From the NCBI GenBank assembly GCA_036172245.1, contig JAYWIR010000006.1:4588001-4652000 (forward strand): a stretch of 64,000 nt of DNA. Reading direction: 5' to 3'. A program made the translations under genes and the position numbers. The notes under the pieces were generated by a model that searched no databases, had not been told where the DNA came from, and saw only the letters and a list, made by a program, of their open reading frames with translations. The DNA comes from Raillietiella orientalis (lineage: Eukaryota). Below are positions 1 to 13,489 of this stretch, piece after piece; positions within the stretch are counted from its first letter, which is position 1, and the number at the start of each line of letters is the position of its first letter.

Positions 1-39
1 CAGAAACAAGGCAACATCCCGTTTCCATCGTAGCGGGAA

Positions 40-460
40 GGTGGAGGTGTCCACACAAAGCGAAGGGACCACGAGTTCTTCGGGGGGCACACCATGCAGG
101 TCTTGGACATCCCCGACTAGCAGAGTTCAAAGTTGGAGGAGTCGGCACTTCTGCTGTTGCACTGGGGTATCCCGTGCAACGTGCAACGCCAGCCGGTCTC
201 ACTGGGCGCGGGGGGCTGTGGACCCGAACTGCTGGTGCAGGGAACGGGAATACCAGCTTATGCACCTGCTCGTAGATTGTGTTGCCCTCCGGCTGCTGTG
301 GTTGCGTTATTCAACGGCCCTTGGTGCACCGACGGAAGATCCCAGGGATGTGACGAAGCTCCTCCTCGTGAGCGATGCCTTTCGCCTGGCGCATCTCCAG
401 CAGTTCTTTGCTGCTGCAAACGCAGGTATGTGGCTGCTGCGGCTTGCTCAGAAGCCCCCG
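40..460 (+). mobile_element. Degenerate 3' fragment of L1/Tx1-like non-LTR retrotransposon ORF2 (zf-RVT-like region)
   Basis: Translates to ...PNCWCREREYQLMHLLVDCVALRLLW..., the same Cys/His motif seen at 15941-16030, 13940-14030(-), 40660-40740(-) and 62180-62260. DNA GTCGGCACTTCTGCTGTTGCACTGGGG matches ~15868-15898. Frameshifted. Confidence 0.7.
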
Positions 461-689
461 CGCGTAGGCATGGTCTCCGGACATCTGAGATTCCCTCGCC
501 GAGCGCAGCCCCCACGTTTTCCGGGAATCCTTGCCGCCAGAGGCAGGAGGTGCGTCCTTCTCCGGCCCGGCCACCGGCGAAGGGGGTCGAGAGGGTCTGA
601 ACGGAGCTAGAGGGATCACCCGAGCGCGATAACCGCGCACTCTCCAGGGATCGGCCCCATCGTTCCGAAACGTCTGGAATGGGCGATAC

Positions 690-1320
690 CCGCGTTGGCG
701 CCCGTGAGGCTGCGGCCTGCTGATGCGGCACCGGGCGTCGCGGGTTCGAATCCCGCCCGGGAGATAAGGGTCGACGCCGAGAAATGGGGGAGGGGGGAAC
801 AAGGTCGACGCTGTTCGGTCCCTCGGTTGGCTTCGGATATGGCTCTGGTGGAAACCCGGATGCCCCCGTTGACCTCCTGAACTGGAAGCTGACCCTCCGG
901 GGTTTCTTCCAAGAACCGAGGAGCCTTTCGGGATTGTTCCCCTCTGGTTGTGAGGACGGAATGACCCCTTCCCCTCGCGGGGTCGCCTCTCCAGAGTGTC
1001 AAGAAGCGCGCTGCTCCTTTCGGGGAGCGCCCTTTGTAGTTCGCTTCAGAGGAGGAAGCAGGGAGTCGATCCCTTCCGGGTTCCCTCGGGAGACAACCGG
1101 GACGAGGGTCCCTTCCCAAGCGAGACTTAGAGGAACGGACTCCTTCCTCCGGAGCCCTTCTTGGATCCATAGGATGGTTGGTCCCCCTCCCGGGGTACAC
1201 CCTATCTTGAAGAGTTACCACACGTACCCTCGGATGTCGTGGGACAGCGTCAGAGGCCTTCGTGTGCCCCCAGGCGGTTCTCGAGTACTGGGCGAATCAA
1301 AAAAAAAAAAAAAGTTGGAA
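690..1320 (+). mobile_element. tRNA-headed SINE-like composite repeat (head + body), copy 1
   Basis: Perfect T-arm/B-box GCGGG-TTCGAAT-CCCGC at 740-756. Body motifs TGGAAGCTGACCCTCCGGGGTTTCTTCC, GTGTCAAGAAGCGCGCTGCTCC, GGAGACAACC and TCTTGAAGAG recur at 37.3-37.8 kb, 54.4-54.6 kb, 14.5-14.7 kb(-) and 44.8-44.9 kb(-). No complete cloverleaf. Confidence 0.65.
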
Positions 1321-1666
1321 TAGCATTTTGAGGGTGCTGCAGGGCGCAGCATCTGAGAATTTACAAAAAAAAAATTTGAAAAATAAAAATGAAAAAAAAA
1401 AAGGTTTCGATTTTTGGAGCTCCTTCGCTGATTCGAAACTTTTGAAATCTCCGCGAAGCACGAGAGATCGAGAGGAAAACCCGCTGCGCATCCGGTTTCC
1501 AAGGAACCGCGCGAGCTTGCGCCGTGACCGGGCGAGCTGGCATGGGAATCCCGACGGAAGGCATTCCCGTGTTCCCCCAGCTCGACGCGTACGGCGAGGC
1601 ACTTTGATGAATGCCGCGTTTCCCGAGCGCGGAGCCGTCTTCCCCCTTGGCTTCAGTTTGGCCAGC

Positions 1667-3378
1667 ATGGATCACGCGGTCGGTAGCCTGTTGGTGCTGC
1701 TGCTGGCACGAACGCTCGTGCTGAACCCCGTCAGCAAGAGCGAAGGATCCCTGAAATGCAAGAACCATCAAGGACTGGAGGTGGACTGGTGAGTAGCACA
1801 AGGGATCCGTCTCTCTCCGTGACTGCTCTCTGCTTCCTCCGCCGGTGACCTCTCCGAGCTTTGCTGTCCGGCCCAAAAGGAAAAACGGCAACGAGTGCCT
1901 CCGAGCATTCGTCGTTTCGGTTTTCCTTTGTGTCGGACCAATGAAATCCTGTCTCCCCCCCCCCCCCGCTCTTTCCAAACAAACAAAAAATTCTTCCCGA
2001 TGCATGAAACAGAGAAGTTTCATCCGCCTATGCGGCTCCAAGAGAACCTTCGAAATGCACGCGAAGATTCTCCTCCTCGTTCTCCAACGCAGCTGAACTA
2101 TCCTAAGGTTCTACGCCTGCAAGCTTCCCCGTCAAGAAAGTAGAGATGACCTCATCAGACAAGGAGTGGGCTACTTTTACGTGGATTCGTCGGGAAAGCA
2201 CGTGGTCGTCCCCCATGTGTCGGTCGCGAACGAGTCGTCCCTCTTGGGGTTGAACTTGGCGCCTCTCTACGCGGAGGTACGGCTCCCGATCTTCTGCGCA
2301 GCGGACGCGCTCGGTCCCCTCTTGCGAAAGCTAACCGGAAATCTTCACCAGCCCAGAGAGACGAAGATGCACGTTCTGTACAACGACGCGCATCCGGACC
2401 GTGAGGGTTACTCGTCATTTGACTTTGGCCACGCTAAAGGAGTGCTGCTGTTCGGAGAAACCAAAGGGTTGTGGCTGGTTCACAGCATACCCGAATTCCC
2501 CCCCAAAAGTCATGGCTCTTACGCATATCCCGATACAGCGAAAGTGTACGGTCAGAGCATCTTGTGTGTATCTTTCTCGTCTGCTGAATTGGACCGAATA
2601 GGTAGGAAGAAAGGCGGTAGTAGCTGAACGCTCCAAATAGCCTTTCAACTGATAATAAACGAGGTTAGCACGTATGACTGGCATGTCCCTCCGTGGTTTG
2701 AGAAACAACACCCTCGTCTTGTGGACTTGATACAGGGCAAGAATTACCCTGTAGATAGCAGCATCATCAATCTGATTTCCTCCGGAGGGATGCTGTTCCG
2801 CAGCTACGCCAAGTCCAAACGCTATAATAAAGGTAGAGTTTGTCCTGGGTGCCTGAATTCACTGTTGTTCCTTCCTTCTGGCGGTTGCTTAGACATTTAC
2901 AGCGACCTCATAGCCCCGGATCTGGAACGAAATCTTCTTGTGGAGACCTGGAACCACGGTTCTGATCCGCTGAACTCGTCCTGCAACCAAAGATATAAGT
3001 AAGCAGGCAAAGGATCTTTGGTTCCGATAGCAGGCGGAGGATGTTGTTCCAGAGTGATGAACATCAAAAAACTCGAGTTCTCATTCGTGGGAGTTCAGTA
3101 TTCGAGGGGCGATGATCACTCCAAATGGGCCATCAGTACGTCGGAAGTGGAGCCTTGGGTGTGTGTCGGCGACATCAACCGAATGGTATTGAAACCGGAA
3201 AGAATTTTCTTGATTTGTCGCTTCCCTGCCGATTCTTCAGCTGTCCCAGGAACATCGTGGAGGTGGACTGCTGTGTTTTCAGCAAAAAGAGCTTTGGGTC
3301 GTACTGAAGAGTTCTGTTGCGATGATCTCCAACTGTTCGTCTTTGGATGACAGATACACTGCCACGTGGGACGTGTAA
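1667..3378 (+). CDS. DNASE2: Deoxyribonuclease II (acid DNase, plancitoxin-like), secreted; 7 exons
   Basis: Exons 1667-1788, 2108-2276, 2352-2601, 2641-2832, 2893-2998, 3053-3185, 3241-3378, all GT-AG with compatible phase. Signal peptide MDHAVGSLLVLLLARTLVL. Family motifs CKNHQGLEVDWFYACKLP, YND, GHAKGVL, GLWLVHSIPEFPP, YGQSILCVS, FRSYAKS, DIYSDLIAP, LLVETW, DDHSKWAIS, WVCVGDINRM, SQEHRGGGLLC. Confidence 0.93.
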
Positions 3379-4300
3379 GACATCAGCGGTTGCTCAAATA
3401 AAGACCACCCTACTCCGGTCTTGGAGGAAGGAAAAGCTGAAATGACTTGCGAGCTCCATTTCGAGTTACAGCCCCCCTTTTTTTCCTTTTGAAAATCAAC
3501 AAAAGAGGCGCTTGCTCCAATCCCTGTGGGATCACAGCGATTGAATGGGCTGCACGTGATTGCCGCTGGCGTGGTTTCTTTCCCCTTTTCCCCTAAAGAG
3601 TCCACATCTGGCTTCCGTTGTGCACTTGGGAACACCGACTCCTCGCACTATCTGCAATTGGGAACGGATACCCCGGCGCACACGGGCGTTGCGGACAACT
3701 CCTGCATTTCGCCCGCCTCGCTGTGAAAATCCCTCCGCGGTTTCGAAATCGGATGCTTCAGGAAGCGCCGTGTTTTCGGAGCAGAACTGTCACTCCTGGA
3801 CCGCGAGTGCCGTCTGGACGCGAACCTTGCAGTGGACCTCGGATCCAGCCTTCGCGCGTCCCTTCCTCTTTGCGTTCCAGTCGCCTTTGTTTTGGAAGCA
3901 CTCGGCGTGATCTTCCGGGAAGCGACTCGGACCTCACACCGACTCCGGTTCGGTGTGGAGCATTCGTACCTTCCTGAAGGGCGTGAGCGGCAACTCAGAA
4001 GAAGTGGGCCTGCTTAAACCTGCAACTCCCTAGCCCAATCGGAATCCCTTTAACCTCTTCCGGCGGCACGAGCCACGACGGAACCCTTTCTCTTCTCGAT
4101 CCCCGTCCGTATCTGCACAAAAGGTCAGAGTCGGGGACTCCAAGGCGTCAGCCACTCATTAAGGTTGCTTCACTCGGGGACTGATGGATTTCAAATCGTC
4201 AGCATCTTCCAAAAGTTTCAGAGATTTCAGAAACTTTCGAGCGCAGGGTAACCGAAGCGGACAGGATTCTGCTATTGTTCCTCAAAGCGCTGTGGTTGGA

Positions 4301-4382
4301 GATTCCCCCCCCCACACACACACACATTGCAAGATTCCCCCCCCACACATTGCAAGATTCCCCCCCCCCCCCCACATTGCAA
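4301..4382. repeat. Short tandem repeat, 3 units of GATTC(C)n(AC)mATTGCAA
   Basis: Three consecutive units with variable C-run and CA-run lengths, directly visible. Confidence 0.85.
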
Positions 4383-5600
4383 TCTTAATGTGGAAGGGAC
4401 GAAATTCGGAACGAAACTCCCATCACTTTCTATGAATTTTGATTAGTCTTCGTTGTAAACAAAGCTGACCCATTTCTTCGATAATAAACAAACAGCGTTG
4501 CTTCTGAGAAAGTCTTCAAGGCTCAAAGGCTCTCTCGCTATTTCTTTTTTTTTGAAATCTCACAAACCGGATTTACACGATGCCTTTGGCATCTTGTGTG
4601 GTGGTGGTGCTTCTGATCCGAGTATCTGTCATGAAGAGCGTTTCTTCACCTACGCGGGGCATTAAAACGGCGAAATTCACAACAGCGGGTCCGCAAGCAG
4701 CCTTTCCCATGAGAATTCACGCGCAAAGTCATTCCATAAAAGATGTTGCGTACATTCACTCCCTCCCCCCCCCCCCCTCCACGTCATTTTATTTTGTTTT
4801 CCTTTGCTCTTCCCGGAAAGGTGACAGGAAAGGATGATTTCCTGGCGAGGTCAAAATGTCGGCGTTTCGCATCCGACGCACCTCCGAGCACCTTTTTCCC
4901 TCACGGCTTCTGCCTCATCTCTTGGGGACTTGAAGTCACGTTGTTCGGAGTCCCCCGTTCCCAAGCGGGGACTTTCGGTCTGCGGCGCACCCCCCTTGAT
5001 GATGATGATGATGATGATGGAGATGCGCGCGCGTGCCGCAAGGAAGCGGGAAAACTTTTGCAGAGGGAGGGGGGGAGAAGGAAGGAAAAAAAACAAAAAC
5101 AAAAAATCGTTCCCCAGGAACCGAGGAGGGGAGGGGAGCTCCTCCCCGCAGCAGCTCTGCCCGGGGAGGGGAGATTTTCCCGGAAGACGGGAGGCCGGGC
5201 GCGGCCCCGTCGCGCCAGGAGCACTTGCGGGCAGAGGCGGAGGCCCTCGGCGCTGCCATTCGCCCGTGGCCATGCGTTCCCCGGCGGGCGCGATTGATTG
5301 GGGGAAAGCGTGCACGAAAGAGTTTACTTGAGCAATTCGGTGTGCAGCGCCTGAAGGGCAGGCCCGTCCGAGCAAGCGGTGGTGGAATGCACACCGGGCC
5401 GGGTGGCTCGCTCGCGTACGGTGTACGAGTGAGGGAGGCTGTGGCGGGTGAACCGCTCCGATCCGTACCACGTCGTGCCTAATGTTTCCCGTGAGAGTGG
5501 GCTGAACCCAAAAGACATCGTGCTCCCGAAAATGGCACAGCCTGAGGAAACGAAAGCCCTCGCCCCCCAGTGAACCGGACTTTACCAGGATCGTTAAAAA

Positions 5601-6931
5601 ATGGAGTTTGGGAAGTTCAATTTGTCCTGGCCGTGCGGATCGAATTTTAAAAAGTGTGCTAAACTAACGTGCGTCATGCTCGTCGTTTGCTTCGGGACCT
5701 GGTACATCAAACACACCATCCACGAACGTAAGATTCCCCCCCTTTGTGTGTGTGTGTGTGTGTGTGCATCCAGAAATTGCCCAGTTTTACACATGGTGGT
5801 TCAGTAGGGCTTTCACTGCAGCTTGCATTCAATTTCAGGATCACTGCAGCAGGTTGCCACTCACAAATCAGCGTATGAAAAAGTATGTACTTTTTGCTTG
5901 TGGAAACCCTCTAACTTGCATGTGTTCAAGGTAAGAGAAAAATGTGGATTGGCCCAACCTGATGAGAATCTGCCTTGGATCTTTGCAATCACGGCCACTT
6001 ACCACAGACCGGAACAAAAGGCAGAATTGACTAGGTTGGTTGTGCATGTAAAGTAACGTTTATTGTCATATAGATTGTGCCATACATTTCTCCTTGTTCA
6101 GAACTTGTTCTGGATTGTCGTAGAAGATTCCGAGAAACCCACAAAACTTGTGAATAACTTCCTCAATAAATGTGGAGTGAGGCATAAAATTCTCTTCCAG
6201 CAGACACCTAGGGAATGGAAATTAAAAGCAAAGGTCTACTTCCGTAAAAATTGTAAATGGTTTATGCAGAATCAATACAGGACCCTCACTGGAAAAGACC
6301 TAGGGGCGTATTACAGCGCAACAGAGCATTGGAATGGTTGAGACATGAATACAATCACAGCAGTGTCAGAGGAGTGGTGTATTTTGCCGACGATGACAAT
6401 ACTTATGACTTGCAACTTTTCGAGGAGGTTGTAAAAAATCAAACAGTATCCTGGATGATACTATATAGATGGATACTTTATAGATGAGATTTACAAAGAA
6501 AGTTTCAGTATGGCCTGTAGGTCTTGTAGGAGGTCTATGGTTGGAACAGCCAGTACTCAACAAACAGAATGAAGTCATCAATTTTACTTCTGTTTGGAGA
6601 CCTGAGCGCCCATTTCCTATAGGTAGGATGGTTCAGTACTGATGGATTTTTTATCCTCCACCTAGATATGGCGGGATTTGCCATAAACATTAATCTGTTG
6701 CTTCAAAACCCCAAAGCAAAATTCTCTTTCGATGTGCCTCGTGGCTATCAAGAAAGCGAAATTTTGCATCACGTAGCAAGCATACAGGACTTGGAACCAC
6801 GTGCTGATTTGTGTACCAGAGTAAGTACCACTGAATTATGGCATTCACTTTTCCAGGTATATGTATGGCACACTCGAACACAAGCTGCAAAAATACTAAA
6901 AGCTAATCCTCCTCCTTATATTGAAGTATAA
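5601..6931 (+). CDS. B3GAT3: Galactosylgalactosylxylosylprotein 3-beta-glucuronosyltransferase (GT43; GlcAT-I / sqv-8-like); 8 exons
   Basis: Exons ~5601-5727, 5839-5882, 5931-6034, 6074-6233, 6281-6427, 6484-6622, 6666-6820, 6857-6931 (exon 2 least certain). N-terminal type II TM segment. Motifs LPWIFAITATYHRPEQKAELTRL, WIVVED, PRGVLQRNRALEWLR, GVVYFADDDNTYD (DxD), KVSVWPVGLVGG, RPFPIDMAGFAIN, GYQES, LEPRA, VYVWHTRT, C-terminal IEV. Confidence 0.93.
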
Positions 6932-7017
6932 AAACTATAAAATATTTATAAAATAATCTTCATATCAAATGGAATGCTTGTTGGACGGAAGATGATACAA
7001 AACACAGCTGGAGCATT

Positions 7018-8723
<1,706 letters not shown>

Positions 8724-11700
8724 AATTACTACCATTTATTTCTTGGGAGTTCAGTTCCTGAAATATTCACATTCAAACTTCACCTAAACAACTCTGCACA
8801 AAACAATTGGAGATACACACGCAATTGTCAACCCATTGGACAATGCTACCAAATAAAAATACATGTTGGCAACATTAATTTTAAAATTCTTGGAAAAAAA
8901 AGAAAAAAAAAACAAGATAACAGTGTAATTCCATCGTTGACTGTATTTTTTTAAATTAAAAGGAAGTTTTCAAATGCCTTGTAAAATGGTAAATTTCAAT
9001 ACAAACATCAGAAACACTTCAAGTGCCACAAAGTCCCTGCTTGTATGTTGCATAGAAAAGACTTTAAAAAGAACAATATTTACCCCTGATACCAAACTCA
9101 AAGCAAATAATAATTTGAAGGAAACAGATCAACACTGCAGTTACAATAATTTGTATCAAAGTGCCATGACCTATACATTACAAACAACTACATACTTCAA
9201 TCCTGTCTTAGCGATTTCCTGGAAACTTGAATTGTATGCTTTTAAACAAAAACAGGCAGCACCATTTGCAACATTTTAATATTAAAAAATGAACCAAGCA
9301 GTAAATAGAATTTTTGTATTTCACAATCAACAACACTGTTTATAGAAACTTCACGTGTATTAGATTTTCACTGCATGGATTTCTCCACTATTTCCCTTAC
9401 AAAACTTGATAAACTGATTTGCGAGCACAACTGCTTTATTCAATCAAGCATATTGCACAAGCAAGTATTATAAATTCAAAACTTTCTCCATAACTATATT
9501 TGGGCAATATGCACTAGGCATAAAATTTTCCATGCAAATGCTACTTTCTCAAGAATAATTTAAAAAATAAGTTCCTAAATGGGCATGAAATAACGAAACC
9601 AGTGGTGATGCAAATAACAAAAATGCAAAAACAAAACTAGCATTATTTATGTGCTTTTTGGCAGCAGCAATGTGACGATGAAAATTCCGGAAAATATTTC
9701 ATTGGAAACGAAATTGGAATCATGTACCTTTAAAAAACAATTCAATACTCAACACGAGCAAGCAATGTGAAGATGCCATGTGACATAATTTCGAACGAAA
9801 TTAGTACTTAGTACATTGGTTTTCGAAAATTCTTTCTAGATTCTGAATTAATTTACGATACGATAAATACTTAAATGGAGGAAACACATATGAGTCCATA
9901 CCCACTGAATCAAACCTGCCTGAAATTAGGTTCGACGATTGCAGATTTCAGTATACATGCAGGTTATGATAATGAACATCAAGTTCAGCGTCATAGTTTA
10001 AAATAAACAAATTCAAGCGTTCCATGTCAAAATGTGTTATAAATAAATAATGACTTGATGGACGTTTATACAAATTTCATGTCCACCTCTCACACATTTT
10101 AACCCGTAAAATCAATTAAGGTAACTTCAACGATACTAGCAACAAACTGGCATTCCAAGGTTACCACATGTAACGTATTATTGGTTCTTGAAGTGGATTA
10201 TTAAAATTGAAACAGAGGTTTCTTTTAAATAAACAAAGTACATTTCAAGTCACGTAGGCAATTCGGAGGAAAATTTTCAATTTTTAGAAGCTAATCTGAT
10301 ACACCGATTTTCAAATTTAATGCTGTGTTCCTTCAGTTTACACATCCATTAATTATCGTACATTATTTTACAAGGGCTTGCAATAGAACTACTATTTATA
10401 ATCTCTTTAAATCAACCTAAAAAGATAGAACCTTTTAAGTCGCATTAAAATTAAAAAGAAAAAACAGCTTATGGCCTTTAATTTTAATGGATTACGTTAC
10501 TTAATCAATCTAAGGTTCATTAAACCATTTTTAAATAATAATTTTCCGCTGTATTCACTCATCTTTCCGTTGAAATATGACAATTACATTAATTCTTCCA
10601 TGAAATTAAAAATTCTATGTGCTAATCATGCATTATCAAATATACTTATAAATCTAACGAAAAAAAAAAAATGTTTCTAGAATTGTCTTTTTACACAGAG
10701 CAGCACAGTGAACAAGGATAGCAGTCAAAAAAGAGTACATTTTTTAAAATTAGCTACCACTTATCTGTATGAATAATTAATCTTAAAACTTAGTGCGATT
10801 TCCAGTGATAATTTCACTGAGTTTTATACATATATATATATGGTTTGATGTCCCCACAGATATTGTTACTATACATCATAAGCTGCATTCGAGGTTTCCG
10901 AGGTAAAAACGAATCGCCACCCAAACCCACCAATCTGCCTCTAGCTGGATCCCAGATGAAATTTAACTCTCATTGCTCAAGCAATATGACGAGGTTCGTT
11001 ATTCCAAGTACTGACTGAAACAATGTTGCTATACACGTCATGCTTTTTTTGTTTTCTGATATCAAGAGATAAGAAAAAATCCGATTCTGAAGTGGCACAA
11101 TTACTTAAAGGATAGAATTTTCATTATTTTCCTTCGGAGACACGCCTCAACGCTACAAAGTGGGGGCATAAAACCGTACCTTTCAGGATTTTCAAATTCA
11201 TGATTCGCATTCCAAATCATCAGTCTATCGTCACGTGATTTAAAAAACCTGGACGCTCTGAAACAGAAGCATCAGAACTTGGGATTGTGTGGTCATAGTT
11301 CCACTGGGAAATTGATAACTTTGCCATCCTTGGGAAAGTGGACAGTGCTGACAAATACCATTGTCTGGCAGAGCAGGGATCGATGAAAAACTGGGGAAAT
11401 CGTTAAATTGCTGCAAAGCTGTGCAGATAGACCATAAACTTCTAAAAAGTATCCTGGAGAAAAATTCTCCATTGGCGCAAGTACGTAGCAAGTTGAAGGT
11501 GCACAGTAATTTCGTTTTTCGCTGGAAGGGGTTGAGGAATGGAGGATCTGATAACTACGAACACTAATGATAGCAAGGGTATCATTTAGCTGATATAAAC
11601 CCAGTGCACCTAGGGGCAAGTGATGGCAAGCTATCAAGAGGTTTTGTTCTCACGTGACAACATTCATTAATCTTCCTGGCCTTCCTGGTAGGATGAGGAT

Positions 11701-13489
11701 GAATGAATCTTTTTACCTTCTAGTGATTAGCCTCTACAGATCTGTGATAGATCAGCCCAAAGACGATGTTCCGTCGATCATAAGTCTTGCTTGGATGCTC
11801 GCGAGAAGTTGCTGTTCAAGTCCTACGAAAGTTTCTGTCCTTTGCCGATCGAGGTGACTGTTTTGCTGATTTCCTTTACTTGCATTTTTTATTTTTTTTT
11901 GGTCCATGGATTATGAAAGTAAGCCAAGCAGCGATCTGCTTCAAGAGAACCCATCCTTGTTAACAGCGTCATGGATGCTGGTTTTTGAACGATTAAGGAA
12001 ATGAGAAATCATGACGAGGGAATGCAATAAAGTTTTTAAGGTATTCCTTCTTGGGGGTAATGACATTCACAACACCCACCGTATTGGAACTGCTAAAGAG
12101 CAAGGAGGTATTCAGGAATTTGTGTTTGTGCGACTCCGTGACTAAGGAATCGTGGTGTTCCGTGCTTGGCATCACCTGCAGGTGACAGATTGTGCTGCGG
12201 CACAGTTTTCAGGAACCTTCCCCCATTCCTCCTGGTAAATCGCTCGCTTCAATAGAACGGAAGCATCGGCAATTTGATCACACCGCCTGTTTTCCAGCAC
12301 AGGGTCCATCCACTGCAGCGAAACCATCACCGTATGCATGGGAACCCTTGCGCAGAACATCGCATGCCGTATCTCGTAGCCTTCTCCACTGAGATGCCCG
12401 GCCATCCGCACCGAAGCCAAGGTTGAGGGACGAAGTCAGAGATCAGTGGCACGGCCCTAAATCTATAATGGAGCTGTCGACAGTATTGCTTGTTTCCATT
12501 TAAAGAACTGACTGCTGGCGGTCCGATCCCACCCGTCGGCGTGCTATCCAGGAAGTTCCCGACGCAACGCTTCGGAACTGCTCCTTAAAACTCTGCTGAC
12601 AGAAGTGTTCTCAAACTTGATTCTCCGGATTGGGTTCGCGCTCGCTTGCTGCTCCACGATCCAGCATCCCTCATGGCAATCAGGAAGCCAAAAGGAGATG
12701 CAAATCTTCAGAAGTTGCGTATCCTCGCTCGATCTTACCTCGAGAATACGCCTGCGTTGGCATTCGGTCGCTACGCAGCTGATTCGCAATTCGACCCCCC
12801 GTTTTTTCCCTCCCTGTTGCCATCGCATCACAACATGAGCCGGAGCATGTCGAACCGATAATCAGGGTTCTCCAGAGATTTACATCTACAGTTCAGCGAT
12901 CCCCACCACCCATTCTATACGCCACAGAGCGAAGCGCTTCCCGCGATCATGAAATCCACCAGAGCAGCCATGGGGAACTGTCTGCTGCAATGGTCGGCAC
13001 GTCCGTTTAAGAGATGTTTGCGCTTCCGTGGACCACGATTGCTTACACACGGCGAATTCCAATTTCTCACATTTAAAATTAATAGTGGTCGATTTGTTTG
13101 TTTCCGCTTGACGTCATATGAATGAATGCCTTCTACTTTCACCAGTCCAGCTGTCAGGTTAGATAACTCCAACTACCAGTGCTGGAGATGGGCTCAGAGG
13201 AAAATGAACAAGAGAGACTGGAAAGAAAAGAAGAAAACGGTTCTTTTACTCGACAGTTCTGTCCACGGAAAACTAAAAACCTTAGTGGGATAGGGGGGGA
13301 AAAAGACTAAAACTGAGGTTCCAGCCTTTTCTCTAAGTTTTTTGTTTGGACTACTAAGTAAAAAGCCCTAGCGATTCTCAAATGGGTCAAACTTCAAAAA
13401 GCACAAACAGTTCCTGAAATTCGGAGGAAGAAAGTATTGGATGATTCCCGCCCGCTTATGCCGGGGCATTCATTACGTCAGTAATAAAA

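Noticed and set aside
690..765. Functional tRNA gene at the GGTTCGAATCC motif (also 16.9, 37.2, 45.2, 46.1, 54.3 kb)
   Set aside because: Only the T-arm is convincing. No consistent acceptor stem, D-arm or anticodon arm, and all copies sit in a shared repeat context, so they are treated as tRNA-derived repeat heads.
1299..1313. A-run as the poly(A) tail of the first SINE-like copy
   Set aside because: The homologous position in the 14.4-kb copy reads AAAGAAAAGCTGGAA and the element continues beyond it, so this is an internal expanded A-run.
5541..5556. Hammerhead ribozyme core (CTGAGGA...GAAA), and other CTGATGA hits
   Set aside because: No stem II between the core motifs and no flanking stems I/III with a cleavage triplet.
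5393..5606. Intact SRP (7SL) RNA gene
   Set aside because: Short sequence resemblances exist, but helix 8 (CAGG-GRAA-AGCA) is not intact and the RNA would run into the GlcAT coding sequence.
11240..12430. Possible decayed coding sequence (also 24350-24800 and 40980-42550)
   Set aside because: Higher-complexity sequence with short ORFs, but no recognisable motif or consistent splice structure. Cannot be assigned without a homology search.
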